DNA from: Spirochaetaceae bacterium
GTDB lineage: Bacteria; Spirochaetota; Spirochaetia; DSM-2461
Assembly (NCBI GenBank): GCA_051531975.1
Contig: JAOPTT010000007.1
Span: 216,985 to 280,984 of the forward strand
DNA: 64,000 nt
Direction of reading: 5' to 3'
Of this stretch, positions 9,493-18,874 are shown piece by piece (within the stretch, counting starts at the first letter, position 1; every line of letters begins with the position of its first letter). A model generated the notes under the pieces. It saw nothing but the letters and a program-made list of their open reading frames with translations. It ran no database searches and was not told the origin of the DNA. A program made the translations under genes and the position numbers.

Positions 9493-9763
9493 AGAGTTTT
9501 TCTATTTTTTGATCATATTTTCTTAAATAGTTTGTTTTGGAAACAATTTAGAAGATGTTTTAATCATTGACTTTTAAGGGCTTTATTAGTGGTTTTAACG
9601 TTAAAATGAGCATTTTATTGAATTTTATATTGAATTGTTGAATTTTTGTTTAAATGGTATTTTTTGTGGTGAAAGGGTAGATATTTGTATGTTTCGAGTA
9701 GTATAAACCTATAAAATCACCGGTTTTAATATGGATAAAATGGTACCCAGTTGTTCCTTTTTA

Positions 9764-9811
9764 TTGTCTTTGGTTGCCCCTTTCCTGTTTTAATGGGACA
9801 ACCAAGGACAA
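9764..9811. other. Long imperfect hairpin immediately after the xylanase stop codon
   Basis: TTGTCTTTGGTTGCCCC...GGGACAACCAAGGACAA; no U tract on the coding (minus) strand. Confidence 0.6.
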
Positions 9812-9812
9812 C

Positions 9813-12014
9813 TTATTTCATTAAATGAAGTTCAGCGAGTTCAGTTCCATTGGATATTTTGTTGTCTCCTGGTACTGGATATAAGATATATTCTGCTCCA
9901 GAACCATCATCATCTGTTAAAGAGATATTAAAACCAATAAAGTATTTTTTTAGTTCCTCTGTTGTTGTTTTAATCTGGAATTCAAATACTGAGTTATCAC
10001 TATTCCATGTTCCGGTAACATTATCATTGCCGTTTGAAAAATCAGTGCCAATAGTTGCACTATAAAGCTGAGTTTTTCCATTAAGAATAATAGCTATATC
10101 AACTTTATCATCAGTTGATTCTATATCATCAATTCTGTTTATGTAGCCATAGATGGTATCAGAATTATACATGATACTCCAATCTCCAGATATATCTTTA
10201 TAATCTCTATTAGGTAATTGGTTTTTTGGGTTTAGTTGATTGTATATAAAACTATATCTTGTTCCGTCGTTCCACATTGACTCATCTAAAATACCATCAA
10301 TAGTAGCTTTTTCTGTTGTAATATTTGCAACAAAAGCTTTAACTATTCTTGGCTCTTCTGGTGGTTTAGGGGAGTTTCCAATAAATTGTATATTTCCAAA
10401 ACCTTTTCCTTCCCATCCATTATTTATACCATTAGTAGCATAAAGTTGAGATTGACGTAAACTTCCACCATCGTTATCAGATAGTGCAATATTCCAACCA
10501 GAAAGTTGTCCTGCTAAATCTATTGGCATTTCTACTGAGAATTCTACACTTGAATTATCAGTACTCCAGACAGCTTTTTTTACTCCAGGATATTTATGAG
10601 ATTCAAAGCCACTACCAACTAATGTTCTTAATTGAGCCCACTCTTTATTTAGATGAAAAAAGACTTCAATATTATCGTTTTCCCAGGAGTTCTCTACTGA
10701 TGTTTCTGTAATATCATCAACTATTTTAACTCTACCATACATAGTATTTCCACTGTATAAAATGACCCATTCACCAAATATGTCTCTGTATTCACTACTT
10801 AAACGTAGGTCTAACTCTTCTAATTGGTTATATGCAAATGGATATGTAATACCAGTTTCCCATACAGAATCTGTTGGATCACCATCTATTAATGGTACTG
10901 TTTCTGCTTCTAGTGCTTTAAAGGAAGGGAATATTTTTCTGCTGCCTTTGTTTTTTTTCATAGCATAAGGAAGCTTGACAGGTCCTTTTGCAAGGGTCTC
11001 AGTTAATGATATTACAGATGGTTTACTACCGTATTCTTTATCGAATAAAAGTGCGTTATCATAACCCGTAAAGAATCCAGGTATCCAGGAGTGTGCATCA
11101 CTTATTCCCCATACTGTGAATGCATTTGAGTTTTCAAAAGATAACATAACTTCCATTAGTTTTTTATAAACCCTGGCTTGTTTGTCCTGTTGTTTATCTG
11201 TTACATCACCTTTATAACGTATATCGATCTCTGTGAATGCAACAGAATAACCAGATTTAATAAACCTGTCCATGTTATTATATAAAGATTCAAAGTCATA
11301 ATTATATGTCATATCAATATGTTGCTGAAATCCAACACCAGTAATAGGAACACCACTATCCCTTAGTCTATTAAGCATATCAAAGACTAGGTCAGATTTT
11401 TGTGATACTGTACCAATTCCATAATCGTTATAGATTAGTTCAGCATCTGGATCAGCTTCATGAGCCCATTTAAAAGCTAGTTCGATATATTCTGGTCCTA
11501 TGACCTTGTACCATATAGAATCACGATATCCAGAACCGTCTATAGCTTCGTTTACTACATCCCAGACTTTAATTTTGCCTTTATACCTGGAAACTACTGT
11601 TTTAATATGGTTTTCTAATATCACTAATAATTCATCTTTAGTGTAGTTTTGTGATGTTAACCAGGATGGGTTTTGAAAATGCCAAACTAGTGTATGCCCT
11701 CTAATTTCTAGACTGTTCTTTACTGCAAAGTCCACTAATTTATCGGATTCCTCAAAATTATATTTGTCTGCACTAGGGTGTATTATTTCCCACTTCATAA
11801 CATTTTCTGCTGTAATAAAGTTGAAGTTATCTAATAATGTAGATTTATATGTCTTATCATCAAGCAGTGCTGGGTTTACAGCAGCACCAATTAACATATT
11901 CTGTTTTTTTGCTTCAGTTAATAATCCAGAAGGGTTAGTAACATTCATACTAATACACGATACTATTATTGATATTAAAATAGCCCCGGTTACTATATTT
12001 TTAATTTTAATCAT
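9813..12014 (-). CDS. Endo-1,4-beta-xylanase GH10 lipoprotein with two C-terminal CBM9-like domains
   Basis: Lipobox IVSC; ENVMKW, RGHTLVWH, WDVVNEA (acid/base Glu), FTEIDI (nucleophile Glu); two repeats starting P.IDG..D..W. Confidence 0.92.
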   Translation of the reverse strand: MIKIKNIVTGAILISIIVSCISMNVTNPSGLLTEAKKQNMLIGAAVNPALLDDKTYKSTLLDNFNFITAENVMKWEIIHPSADKYNFEESDKLVDFAVKNSLEIRGHTLVWHFQNPSWLTSQNYTKDELLVILENHIKTVVSRYKGKIKVWDVVNEAIDGSGYRDSIWYKVIGPEYIELAFKWAHEADPDAELIYNDYGIGTVSQKSDLVFDMLNRLRDSGVPITGVGFQQHIDMTYNYDFESLYNNMDRFIKSGYSVAFTEIDIRYKGDVTDKQQDKQARVYKKLMEVMLSFENSNAFTVWGISDAHSWIPGFFTGYDNALLFDKEYGSKPSVISLTETLAKGPVKLPYAMKKNKGSRKIFPSFKALEAETVPLIDGDPTDSVWETGITYPFAYNQLEELDLRLSSEYRDIFGEWVILYSGNTMYGRVKIVDDITETSVENSWENDNIEVFFHLNKEWAQLRTLVGSGFESHKYPGVKKAVWSTDNSSVEFSVEMPIDLAGQLSGWNIALSDNDGGSLRQSQLYATNGINNGWEGKGFGNIQFIGNSPKPPEEPRIVKAFVANITTEKATIDGILDESMWNDGTRYSFIYNQLNPKNQLPNRDYKDISGDWSIMYNSDTIYGYINRIDDIESTDDKVDIAIILNGKTQLYSATIGTDFSNGNDNVTGTWNSDNSVFEFQIKTTTEELKKYFIGFNISLTDDDGSGAEYILYPVPGDNKISNGTELAELHLMK

Positions 12015-12977
12015 TTAAGCTCCTTGAATTGTTACTATTTTTCCATCAGGTGTGTATTCTAGCTTTGCATATTTAACACTTCGTTTACTATTGATACCAC
12101 CAGATAGGGATGTATCATGATAAAAAATATACCACTGTCCATTTTGTTCAACTATACTGTGGTGTGTAGTCCAACCTAATACTGGTTCAAGTATTGTTCC
12201 TTGGTAAATAAATGGTCCATATGGTGAATCTGATATTGCATATGCTATTTTGTGTGTTGTTCCTGTGGAGTATGAGAAGTAGTATTTTCCATTATATTTA
12301 TGCAACCATGGACCTTCAAAATATCTTGCATCTTCATTGCCAGACAGTAATAAGTTTCCGTTGTCATCTAAAATCTTTAATTCAATAGGTTTTTCAGAAA
12401 ACTCTTCCATTGAAGGGTCTAATTTTGCAACTCTTGGTAATAATGCAACTTTATCTTTAGAAGGTTCTAAACCATTTTTATCAAAAGTTTCTGACTGCCA
12501 ATTTTGCAGTTGTCCTCCCCAGAGTCCACCAAAGTAGATGTACTGACTTCCATCTGTATCTTTAAACACAGCTGGATCAATACTAAAACTACCTTTCATT
12601 GGTTCGGGGTTTGCTATAAATGGACCATAAGGTTTATTTGACTTGGCAACACCTATTCGAAATATATCTTCTTTGTCTCGTGCAGGAAAATAGAAATAAT
12701 ATGTCCCATCTTTTTCCGAAACATCAGGTGCCCACATCTGTTTTGAAGCCCAGGTCACATCCTTTACATGCAGAACTTCACCATGGTCAGTAACTTTGTC
12801 TCCAGGAGTATCCATGGAGTAAACATGGTAATCTGTCATTCCATACTGATCACCATTGTCATTATCTGTTACTTCTAAGTCTAAATCGTGGGAGGGGTAA
12901 AGATATACTTTTCCCTCAAAAACGTGGGCAGATGGATCTGCAGTATAGTTATCTGTAATTAGTACAGTTTTTTCCAT
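12015..12977 (-). CDS. GH43 (subfamily 1-like) beta-xylosidase/arabinofuranosidase
   Basis: YTADPSAHVF, WAPD, SIDP, FEGPW, WTTHHS motifs; ATG 12977 has SD AAGGAG. Confidence 0.92.
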   Translation of the reverse strand: MEKTVLITDNYTADPSAHVFEGKVYLYPSHDLDLEVTDNDNGDQYGMTDYHVYSMDTPGDKVTDHGEVLHVKDVTWASKQMWAPDVSEKDGTYYFYFPARDKEDIFRIGVAKSNKPYGPFIANPEPMKGSFSIDPAVFKDTDGSQYIYFGGLWGGQLQNWQSETFDKNGLEPSKDKVALLPRVAKLDPSMEEFSEKPIELKILDDNGNLLLSGNEDARYFEGPWLHKYNGKYYFSYSTGTTHKIAYAISDSPYGPFIYQGTILEPVLGWTTHHSIVEQNGQWYIFYHDTSLSGGINSKRSVKYAKLEYTPDGKIVTIQGA

Positions 12978-13050
12978 TTTAATCTCCTTGGTTACATACC
13001 TGAGCAGGCAATGTGTATACATCTGCCATTCCGACCAGGGTTAATTATAG

Positions 13051-13884
13051 TTAACCTTTAACAGCACCGATAGTTAAACCACTAATTAACTGCTTAGAAA
13101 AAAGTATTACAACTATAATTATAGGTGTAACAGATATTGTAATTCCAAGATAAATTGCACCAAAGTTTGTCTCGTATAGACCTCTAATGTTTGAAATAAC
13201 AATTGGCATTGGGAATTTATTTGCAGAGTTAAGCAGAACCAGTGGGTTAATCAGGTCATTCCATTTACCAATAAAAGTAAAAATAGACATTGTAGCAATC
13301 GAAGGCATTGCTAAAGGAATAATTATTCTTCTGAATATATATCCTTCTCCAGCTCCATCAATTAGCCCAGCTTCAATTAGAGAATCAGGGATACTAGATT
13401 GAATATAGGATCTAATAAAAAATACCATTGCAGCATTTGCCATATTGGGTATGATTAGTGGTAAGTAAGAGTCTACTAAACCAAAGTTTACGCATAGATC
13501 GTAAAACCCAATTAATCCAAGTTGCCCAGGAATCATCATAGTTCCGAGAACTACAAAAAATAGAACCTCTTTACCTTTAAATTTAAACTTTGCAAAACCG
13601 TAAGCTGTTAATGTACTAAAAAATGCAGAAAGTAGTACAGCAGGAACTGCAATAATAATACTGTTAATAAAACCACTCCAGATATTAACTTTTTCCTGAA
13701 TGATTTTATAGTTTTCTATTAGCTGGTCTCCTGGAGTAATCCATATACCCTGAGAAATTTCAGTATTACTGTGTGTTGAATTTATTACCATCATGTAAAA
13801 TGGAACAATACATATAAAAGCTATAAATACTAAAATTGTATATAAAAGTATTTTTTGAACAAGTGTATTCTTTTCGATTACCAT
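13051..13884 (-). CDS. Carbohydrate ABC permease (MalG-like), copy 2
   Basis: Same length as 6231-7064; about 15 aa differences by manual comparison. Confidence 0.92.
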   Translation of the reverse strand: MVIEKNTLVQKILLYTILVFIAFICIVPFYMMVINSTHSNTEISQGIWITPGDQLIENYKIIQEKVNIWSGFINSIIIAVPAVLLSAFFSTLTAYGFAKFKFKGKEVLFFVVLGTMMIPGQLGLIGFYDLCVNFGLVDSYLPLIIPNMANAAMVFFIRSYIQSSIPDSLIEAGLIDGAGEGYIFRRIIIPLAMPSIATMSIFTFIGKWNDLINPLVLLNSANKFPMPIVISNIRGLYETNFGAIYLGITISVTPIIIVVILFSKQLISGLTIGAVKG

Positions 13885-13893
13885 ATATTCCTC

Positions 13894-14781
13894 CTACTCT
13901 TTATCAGTTAAAAATTTGAACATAAATGCAGATAATATCAATATTATTACAAACAACGCATAAGCTAATGCCGCTGCATAACCTAAATTAAAGTTTTTAA
14001 AGGCTTGGTTATATAGATAAAGTACCATTGTTAAAATGGAGTTATCTGGTCCACCACGGCCGTTGGTTAAAACTTTAGGAATATCAAAGATTTGAAGTCC
14101 ACCAATTAAAGATGTAACCATTACGTATAACATCGTAGGTTTTAATAATGGCATTGTTATGCTAAAAAATGCCTGACTTCTAGATGCTCCATCAATGTGG
14201 GCAGCTTCATATAATTCAGATGAAATAGCATTCAAACCAGCCATCATAATAATCATTGTATAACCGAACCACTGCCACCACTGAATAAATGACACTGCAC
14301 CTTGTACAACTAAACCTTTAGATAAATAATTAATTGGTTCTTTGATTAGACCAATGGCCATTAATGCATGGTTTAATGTTCCAAACCTCCAGTCTAAAAG
14401 TACTGCAAAAAGTACTCCGATTGACGAAGCCGTAACTAAGTTAGGTAAAAAATATACAGTTCGTAAAGTTTCCCGGCCTTTAATATTTTTATTTGTTAAA
14501 ATTACACCTAAAAGTAGTGCAAAAATAATTTGTGGGACGTAGTTCCCCAACCATATAAAAAAAGTATTACCAATTACTTGATAAAATAGCTCATTGGTTA
14601 ATAATCTCGAATAATTTGCAAATCCAACAAACTCACTCTCTATCATGTTAATAGGTTTCTGAAAACTTAAGATGAATGAGTAGATAATAGGGTAAACTTG
14701 AAATGTTAACATCGCAATAAAATATGGAAGAATAAATAGATAACCTTTGTTACCTCGTTTCTTGAAAAATGTTTTAAACAT
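13894..14781 (-). CDS. Carbohydrate ABC permease (MalF-like), copy 2
   Basis: Same length as 7074-7961; about 16 aa differences by manual comparison. Confidence 0.92.
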   Translation of the reverse strand: MFKTFFKKRGNKGYLFILPYFIAMLTFQVYPIIYSFILSFQKPINMIESEFVGFANYSRLLTNELFYQVIGNTFFIWLGNYVPQIIFALLLGVILTNKNIKGRETLRTVYFLPNLVTASSIGVLFAVLLDWRFGTLNHALMAIGLIKEPINYLSKGLVVQGAVSFIQWWQWFGYTMIIMMAGLNAISSELYEAAHIDGASRSQAFFSITMPLLKPTMLYVMVTSLIGGLQIFDIPKVLTNGRGGPDNSILTMVLYLYNQAFKNFNLGYAAALAYALFVIILILSAFMFKFLTDKE

Positions 14782-14799
14782 TAGGGACTCCTAAAAGAA

Positions 14800-14818
14800 G
14801 CGGGCATATAATGCCCGC
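14800..14818 (-). terminator. Stem-loop plus U tract between SBP2 and permease
   Basis: GCGGGCAT-ATA-ATGCCCGC, followed on the minus strand by TTCTTTT. Confidence 0.65.
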
Positions 14819-14826
14819 ATAATTAA

Positions 14827-16161
14827 CTACTGAACGTCAACATCTGGTAAAATTTCATTAACAGCTTTTTTAAAGTCTACTACTGCATCATCGAATGATT
14901 TTTGTCCATCAACATATAGTGCAACTTGGTCACCAAATGCATTTTCAATTTGAAAATCCCATGGTCCACGATGACTTACATCTATTTTCTTAGCTTCCTC
15001 ATGGAAGTACTCGTAGTGGTTTTGTCCACCTAAGAACTCTTGTTTGAAAGTACTTTTGATCTTGTCAGAAACGTTAACGTTTGATACGTAGTCTCCAGTT
15101 TTTATTGCCCATTTTTCTAAGAAACCTGGGTCAGAACCGATAAACTTAACAAATTGGAAAGCAAGTTCTTTTTGCTTACTAGCTCTGTTAACACCAATCC
15201 ACGTACCACCCCAGCTATATGATGCAGGTGGAACAGCCATTCCCCAGTCTCCAGTGAAATCCATTTCACCTTTCTCTGCTTCCGGTTCAGCATTTGGTCT
15301 AAGTACATAATGAAGACCCCATGTTGGTAGGATATAGCACATAACTGAACCATCAGCCATTGATGAGAACCAAGGTGGTTGCCATGTAGTAGTTCCAGAT
15401 TCAATGTTGTTATCTCTCATTTTTTTGGATAATAACATGTAGTCTAACATCCCTTCAGGTATAACTAATTTATTATTAACAATATAAGGTTGTTTTCTTA
15501 AATTAAATACAAATTGTGACATATCGCCATAACCAGCTAATAAGAATTTATCTGTACCAAACTTAGCGTTAACCATTTTACCTAATTCGTAAAACTTGTT
15601 TAGGTCGCTTGTATATTTAGAAACTTCTGCTGGGTCATCTGTTCCAAGAACAGCTTTAGCAATACTTCTTCTATAAAATAGTGCTCCAGGAGTTGCTTGC
15701 CATGATAAAGCAGTAATTTTACCATCTTTATCTCTACTTGAGTTAGGAACGTAAGGAACTAGGTCAGAAACTAAATCTTCAGCATTATATGGTGCGTCAG
15801 AAATAGGCTCCCAGTAACCAGCATCAATAAATTGTTTATAGAATGCTGCTTCACCCGTAAACGCATCAGGTCCACCAGCTCCAGATCTTAATGTAGTATT
15901 TATTTTGTTTAAATAAACCTCATCAGCATTTGGAATAACAACAAACTCTACCTCAATATTTGGGTAAACTTCGTTAAACATTGGAATCATGTCTGTAAGT
16001 TCATCAGTAAATGACCACACAACAATTTTACCTGAATAATCAGCAGGTGTCATTGTAGCCATGTCTACTTTTGTTTCAGCAACAGCCTCTTTGTTACTAT
16101 TAGCCATAAGTGTAGTTACAGAAATAGCCGCTACAAACATTACTAGTAATAATTTTTTCAT
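14827..16161 (-). CDS. Oligosaccharide ABC substrate-binding protein, copy 2
   Basis: 444 aa like 8055-9389; about 35 aa differences by manual comparison. Confidence 0.92.
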   Translation of the reverse strand: MKKLLLVMFVAAISVTTLMANSNKEAVAETKVDMATMTPADYSGKIVVWSFTDELTDMIPMFNEVYPNIEVEFVVIPNADEVYLNKINTTLRSGAGGPDAFTGEAAFYKQFIDAGYWEPISDAPYNAEDLVSDLVPYVPNSSRDKDGKITALSWQATPGALFYRRSIAKAVLGTDDPAEVSKYTSDLNKFYELGKMVNAKFGTDKFLLAGYGDMSQFVFNLRKQPYIVNNKLVIPEGMLDYMLLSKKMRDNNIESGTTTWQPPWFSSMADGSVMCYILPTWGLHYVLRPNAEPEAEKGEMDFTGDWGMAVPPASYSWGGTWIGVNRASKQKELAFQFVKFIGSDPGFLEKWAIKTGDYVSNVNVSDKIKSTFKQEFLGGQNHYEYFHEEAKKIDVSHRGPWDFQIENAFGDQVALYVDGQKSFDDAVVDFKKAVNEILPDVDVQ

Positions 16162-16226
16162 TTTGTTCTCCTTATTGTTTCCTAATTTGTTCTATATGAA
16201 AGTAATCTTTAGGGGACAATATAACG

Positions 16227-16255
16227 ATAATAGAGCCGAATTTAGTATTTGTCAA
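16227..16255 (-). promoter_or_regulatory. sigma70 promoter of the ABC2-GH43-GH10 operon
   Basis: TTGACA(16255-16250)-17-TATTAT(16232-16227). Confidence 0.7.
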
Positions 16256-16419
16256 AGGTAAAATGATAAAATTGTTCTTTATCATCATCATTTAAGGTCT
16301 CAATTACTGTTTTTATTGGAATAACATAGGAATGATTTGTGGTTATGTTTTAGTCCAAAAAAGAAATAGATGTAAGAAAGTAGTATGATTTTAGAATGTA
16401 TCGATGCTATAATGACCAC

Positions 16420-17505
16420 ATGGAACTTAAATATAGGAATGTTATTGATCATTTAATACATATTTTTACACTAGAACTGTATCAAGAAGGTCAAAAACTA
16501 CCAACTGAGACTAAATTAATGGAAGATTTAGGGGTGGGTAGAAATACTGTTAGAAAAGCCATTTTAGAAATGGAAAAAGAAGGTATTGTAATAAGACGGC
16601 AGGGTAGTGGAACTTTTTATGTATCACATGTATCTAAAAGAACTAAAGCTGGTGGTTTAATTGGAATAGCTAACTTTGAAGGTCTTGGTTATATATATCC
16701 AGAAATTATAAAAGGTGTAGAAAATGCACTTTATGATGATGGTTATTCATTAGTTCTTGCAAGTAATAATATCGCATCAATTAGAGATCTTTCCTCTTTA
16801 AGGATTTTATTGGATCAAAATATTAAAGGACTAATTTTAGATCTATCGAGGGTTTTTTCAGGTGAAATGGAGTCTCCAGTTTTAAGTTTGATTCAGGATT
16901 CTGGAATTCCAGTTGTAACTACTCATTGGGACGGTCTGTTACCAAACTCTTCTGCAGTTTGTATTAACGATGAAGTTGGTGGATATATTGCTACAAAGCA
17001 TCTTATTCAGAATGGTCATAAAAAAATAGCTTTTATATATAAAAATGTTCAAGCAGGGCATTTAAGATTAGAGGGTTATAAAAGAGCTCATATAGAAGCT
17101 GGACTTCTGGTTGATATGGAGTTAGTTCTAAGTTTTGAGGATAAAATTCATCCTGAAGATGCAGAATATGGGTATATGAAAACAGAAGAATTAATTGATA
17201 AAGGTTTTGATTTTACTGCTATATTTTATTTCAACGATTTAATTGCAATGGAAGGGTATAAAGTTTTTTCGAATAGAGGTATAAAGATTCCAGAAGATGT
17301 CTCTGTTATAGGTTTTGATAACTTTCAACACTCCCAGCATTTGTCCCCAGGTTTAACTACTATGAATCATCCAAAAGATGATTTAGGTTATTGGGCTGCA
17401 AAATTATTATTAAAAGATATTGAACTTAAAGGTACTTCTCAACCTAAAAGACTGTTTTTTGATCCAGTACTTATAGAACGAGATAGTGTTAAAAATATTA
17501 CATAG
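16420..17505 (+). CDS. AraR-like repressor (GntR wHTH + LacI-type domain), copy 2
   Basis: Paralog of 5112-6200, both begin MELKY, which fixes the start at 16420; LPTE, RNTVRKA, GFDN, ERDSV. Confidence 0.88.
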   Translation: MELKYRNVIDHLIHIFTLELYQEGQKLPTETKLMEDLGVGRNTVRKAILEMEKEGIVIRRQGSGTFYVSHVSKRTKAGGLIGIANFEGLGYIYPEIIKGVENALYDDGYSLVLASNNIASIRDLSSLRILLDQNIKGLILDLSRVFSGEMESPVLSLIQDSGIPVVTTHWDGLLPNSSAVCINDEVGGYIATKHLIQNGHKKIAFIYKNVQAGHLRLEGYKRAHIEAGLLVDMELVLSFEDKIHPEDAEYGYMKTEELIDKGFDFTAIFYFNDLIAMEGYKVFSNRGIKIPEDVSVIGFDNFQHSQHLSPGLTTMNHPKDDLGYWAAKLLLKDIELKGTSQPKRLFFDPVLIERDSVKNIT

Positions 17506-17511
17506 TTAAAA

Positions 17512-17546
17512 ATAAATACCTTAAAGCCTGGCTTTAAGGTATTTAT
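17512..17546. terminator. Bidirectional terminator
   Basis: Perfect 17-bp inverted repeat ATAAATACCTTAAAGCC-T-GGCTTTAAGGTATTTAT between convergent genes. Confidence 0.8.
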
Positions 17547-17568
17547 ATTATATTAATTTCTTTACTTA

Positions 17569-18756
17569 TTATTTGTAAGGGCTGAAATCAATATCATCAA
17601 AATCTGCAAGATCTTCTGATTTGTAACCTGATTTAAAAATTGTATCATAAGTTAATTGCTTATCTGAAGCTAATAAAGTATCAATTGGAGAATATGCAGT
17701 TTTTGCACCATCAATTGAAGGTCCACCAGCAACACCAGTTAATCCATCAACAGCATCAACAACATTTTTAGCAATAGCAACTGAATCTTTTACTAATTTA
17801 GAAACGTCTTTAAATACTGTCATAGTCTGAGTACCTTTACCAGTAATAATATCACCCATTAAACTAGCTAAAGTAACATTTGAAGCATCTTGACCAGTAG
17901 TATAGTACTCATCATATGGAGTTTGCATTTTAGCGAATTCCAATCGAATTGCAGCTGATGTATCATCATTTGGAGCTAATACGAATACTTTGTCTGAAGT
18001 TTTTGTAATTTGAGCTACAACACCAGCAGCTTTAATTCCAGCAGTTTCAGGGTTCCAGTCAGTATCGATAGGTTGCATAGCAGCCTGTAGAGCATCTTTT
18101 GCAGTATCATCAAAGTTAGCTTCTGTGAATAAAGGTAACATTTTGAAAGCATAAGAATCTTGATTTACGATGTTAAACATATCTAAGTTTGGTTGTAACT
18201 CTTCAAATGCACCACCAAAGAAGTAAGTTGCATTTGGCCAGTCAGCAACACGACCAGCAAAAATTGCTAAGTCTGCAGGATTAGCTGAAGTAGCTCCTGA
18301 TGCTTTTGCTGCGTCAACTAAATGTTTACCCATTGCTTTACCAACATTCCAACTATTGAAAGTTGTATAATAATCAGCTACATCTGAAGATGATTTAGCC
18401 ATTCGGTCATGAGCAACTACGATAACGTCTTCACCATGGGCAGCTGCAACAGCAGAAGCACCAGAACCTTGAGAAGTAATAATAATTACTTTAGCGCCTT
18501 TAGCTATTAATGCCTCAACGTTTTGTTTCTCTTTTGCTTCATCACCTTCTGAGAATAAGATCTCATATTCGTAACCTGCACCTAATGCATCTAATTCTGC
18601 TTTAAAGAAAGCACCATCTTGATTAGCCCATCTTTCTTCAGATGCATCTGGTAAAACAACACCAATTTTAATTTTAACACTTTCACCAGCACCACTAGCA
18701 AAAAGAATACCTGACATTGCAGATAAAAGAACCAACATAACTAAAAAACGTTTCAT
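17569..18756 (-). CDS. Monosaccharide ABC substrate-binding protein (ChvE/XylF-like)
   Basis: IGVVLP....ERW..DG, AHDR, LAPNDD, TGQDA, QTMTVFKD motifs; signal peptide ending LFA. Confidence 0.85.
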   Translation of the reverse strand: MKRFLVMLVLLSAMSGILFASGAGESVKIKIGVVLPDASEERWANQDGAFFKAELDALGAGYEYEILFSEGDEAKEKQNVEALIAKGAKVIIITSQGSGASAVAAAHGEDVIVVAHDRMAKSSSDVADYYTTFNSWNVGKAMGKHLVDAAKASGATSANPADLAIFAGRVADWPNATYFFGGAFEELQPNLDMFNIVNQDSYAFKMLPLFTEANFDDTAKDALQAAMQPIDTDWNPETAGIKAAGVVAQITKTSDKVFVLAPNDDTSAAIRLEFAKMQTPYDEYYTTGQDASNVTLASLMGDIITGKGTQTMTVFKDVSKLVKDSVAIAKNVVDAVDGLTGVAGGPSIDGAKTAYSPIDTLLASDKQLTYDTIFKSGYKSEDLADFDDIDFSPYK

Positions 18757-18874
18757 AAAAACCTCCTGTGAAACATTACAAATTGCAGATTAAAAAATTT
18801 ATCTGCAAAGTTTATTTTAAAACACATGAATTCTACTAGAAGACCTGTGCCCTAATATTTATTTAAAATATTTA

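Larger units (their letters stand above)
6231..16161 (-). repeat. Diverged direct repeat of about 3.1 kb (6231-9389 and 13051-16161)
   Basis: Collinear SBP-permease-permease trios with long identical nucleotide runs; offsets 6820 (permeases) and 6772 (SBP). Confidence 0.95.

Noticed and set aside
9493..9760. Hidden small gene or ncRNA in the long spacer between xylanase and SBP1
   Set aside because: No ORF with SD and no convincing structure found by eye; an Infernal search and RNA-seq would be needed to exclude it fully
8345..15404. Twin 95-aa alternative-frame ORFs (8345-8632 and 15117-15404) and twin 71-aa antisense ORFs (6367-6582 and 13187-13402)
   Set aside because: Their apparent conservation follows from lying inside the duplicated ABC genes; no SD and no recognisable domain
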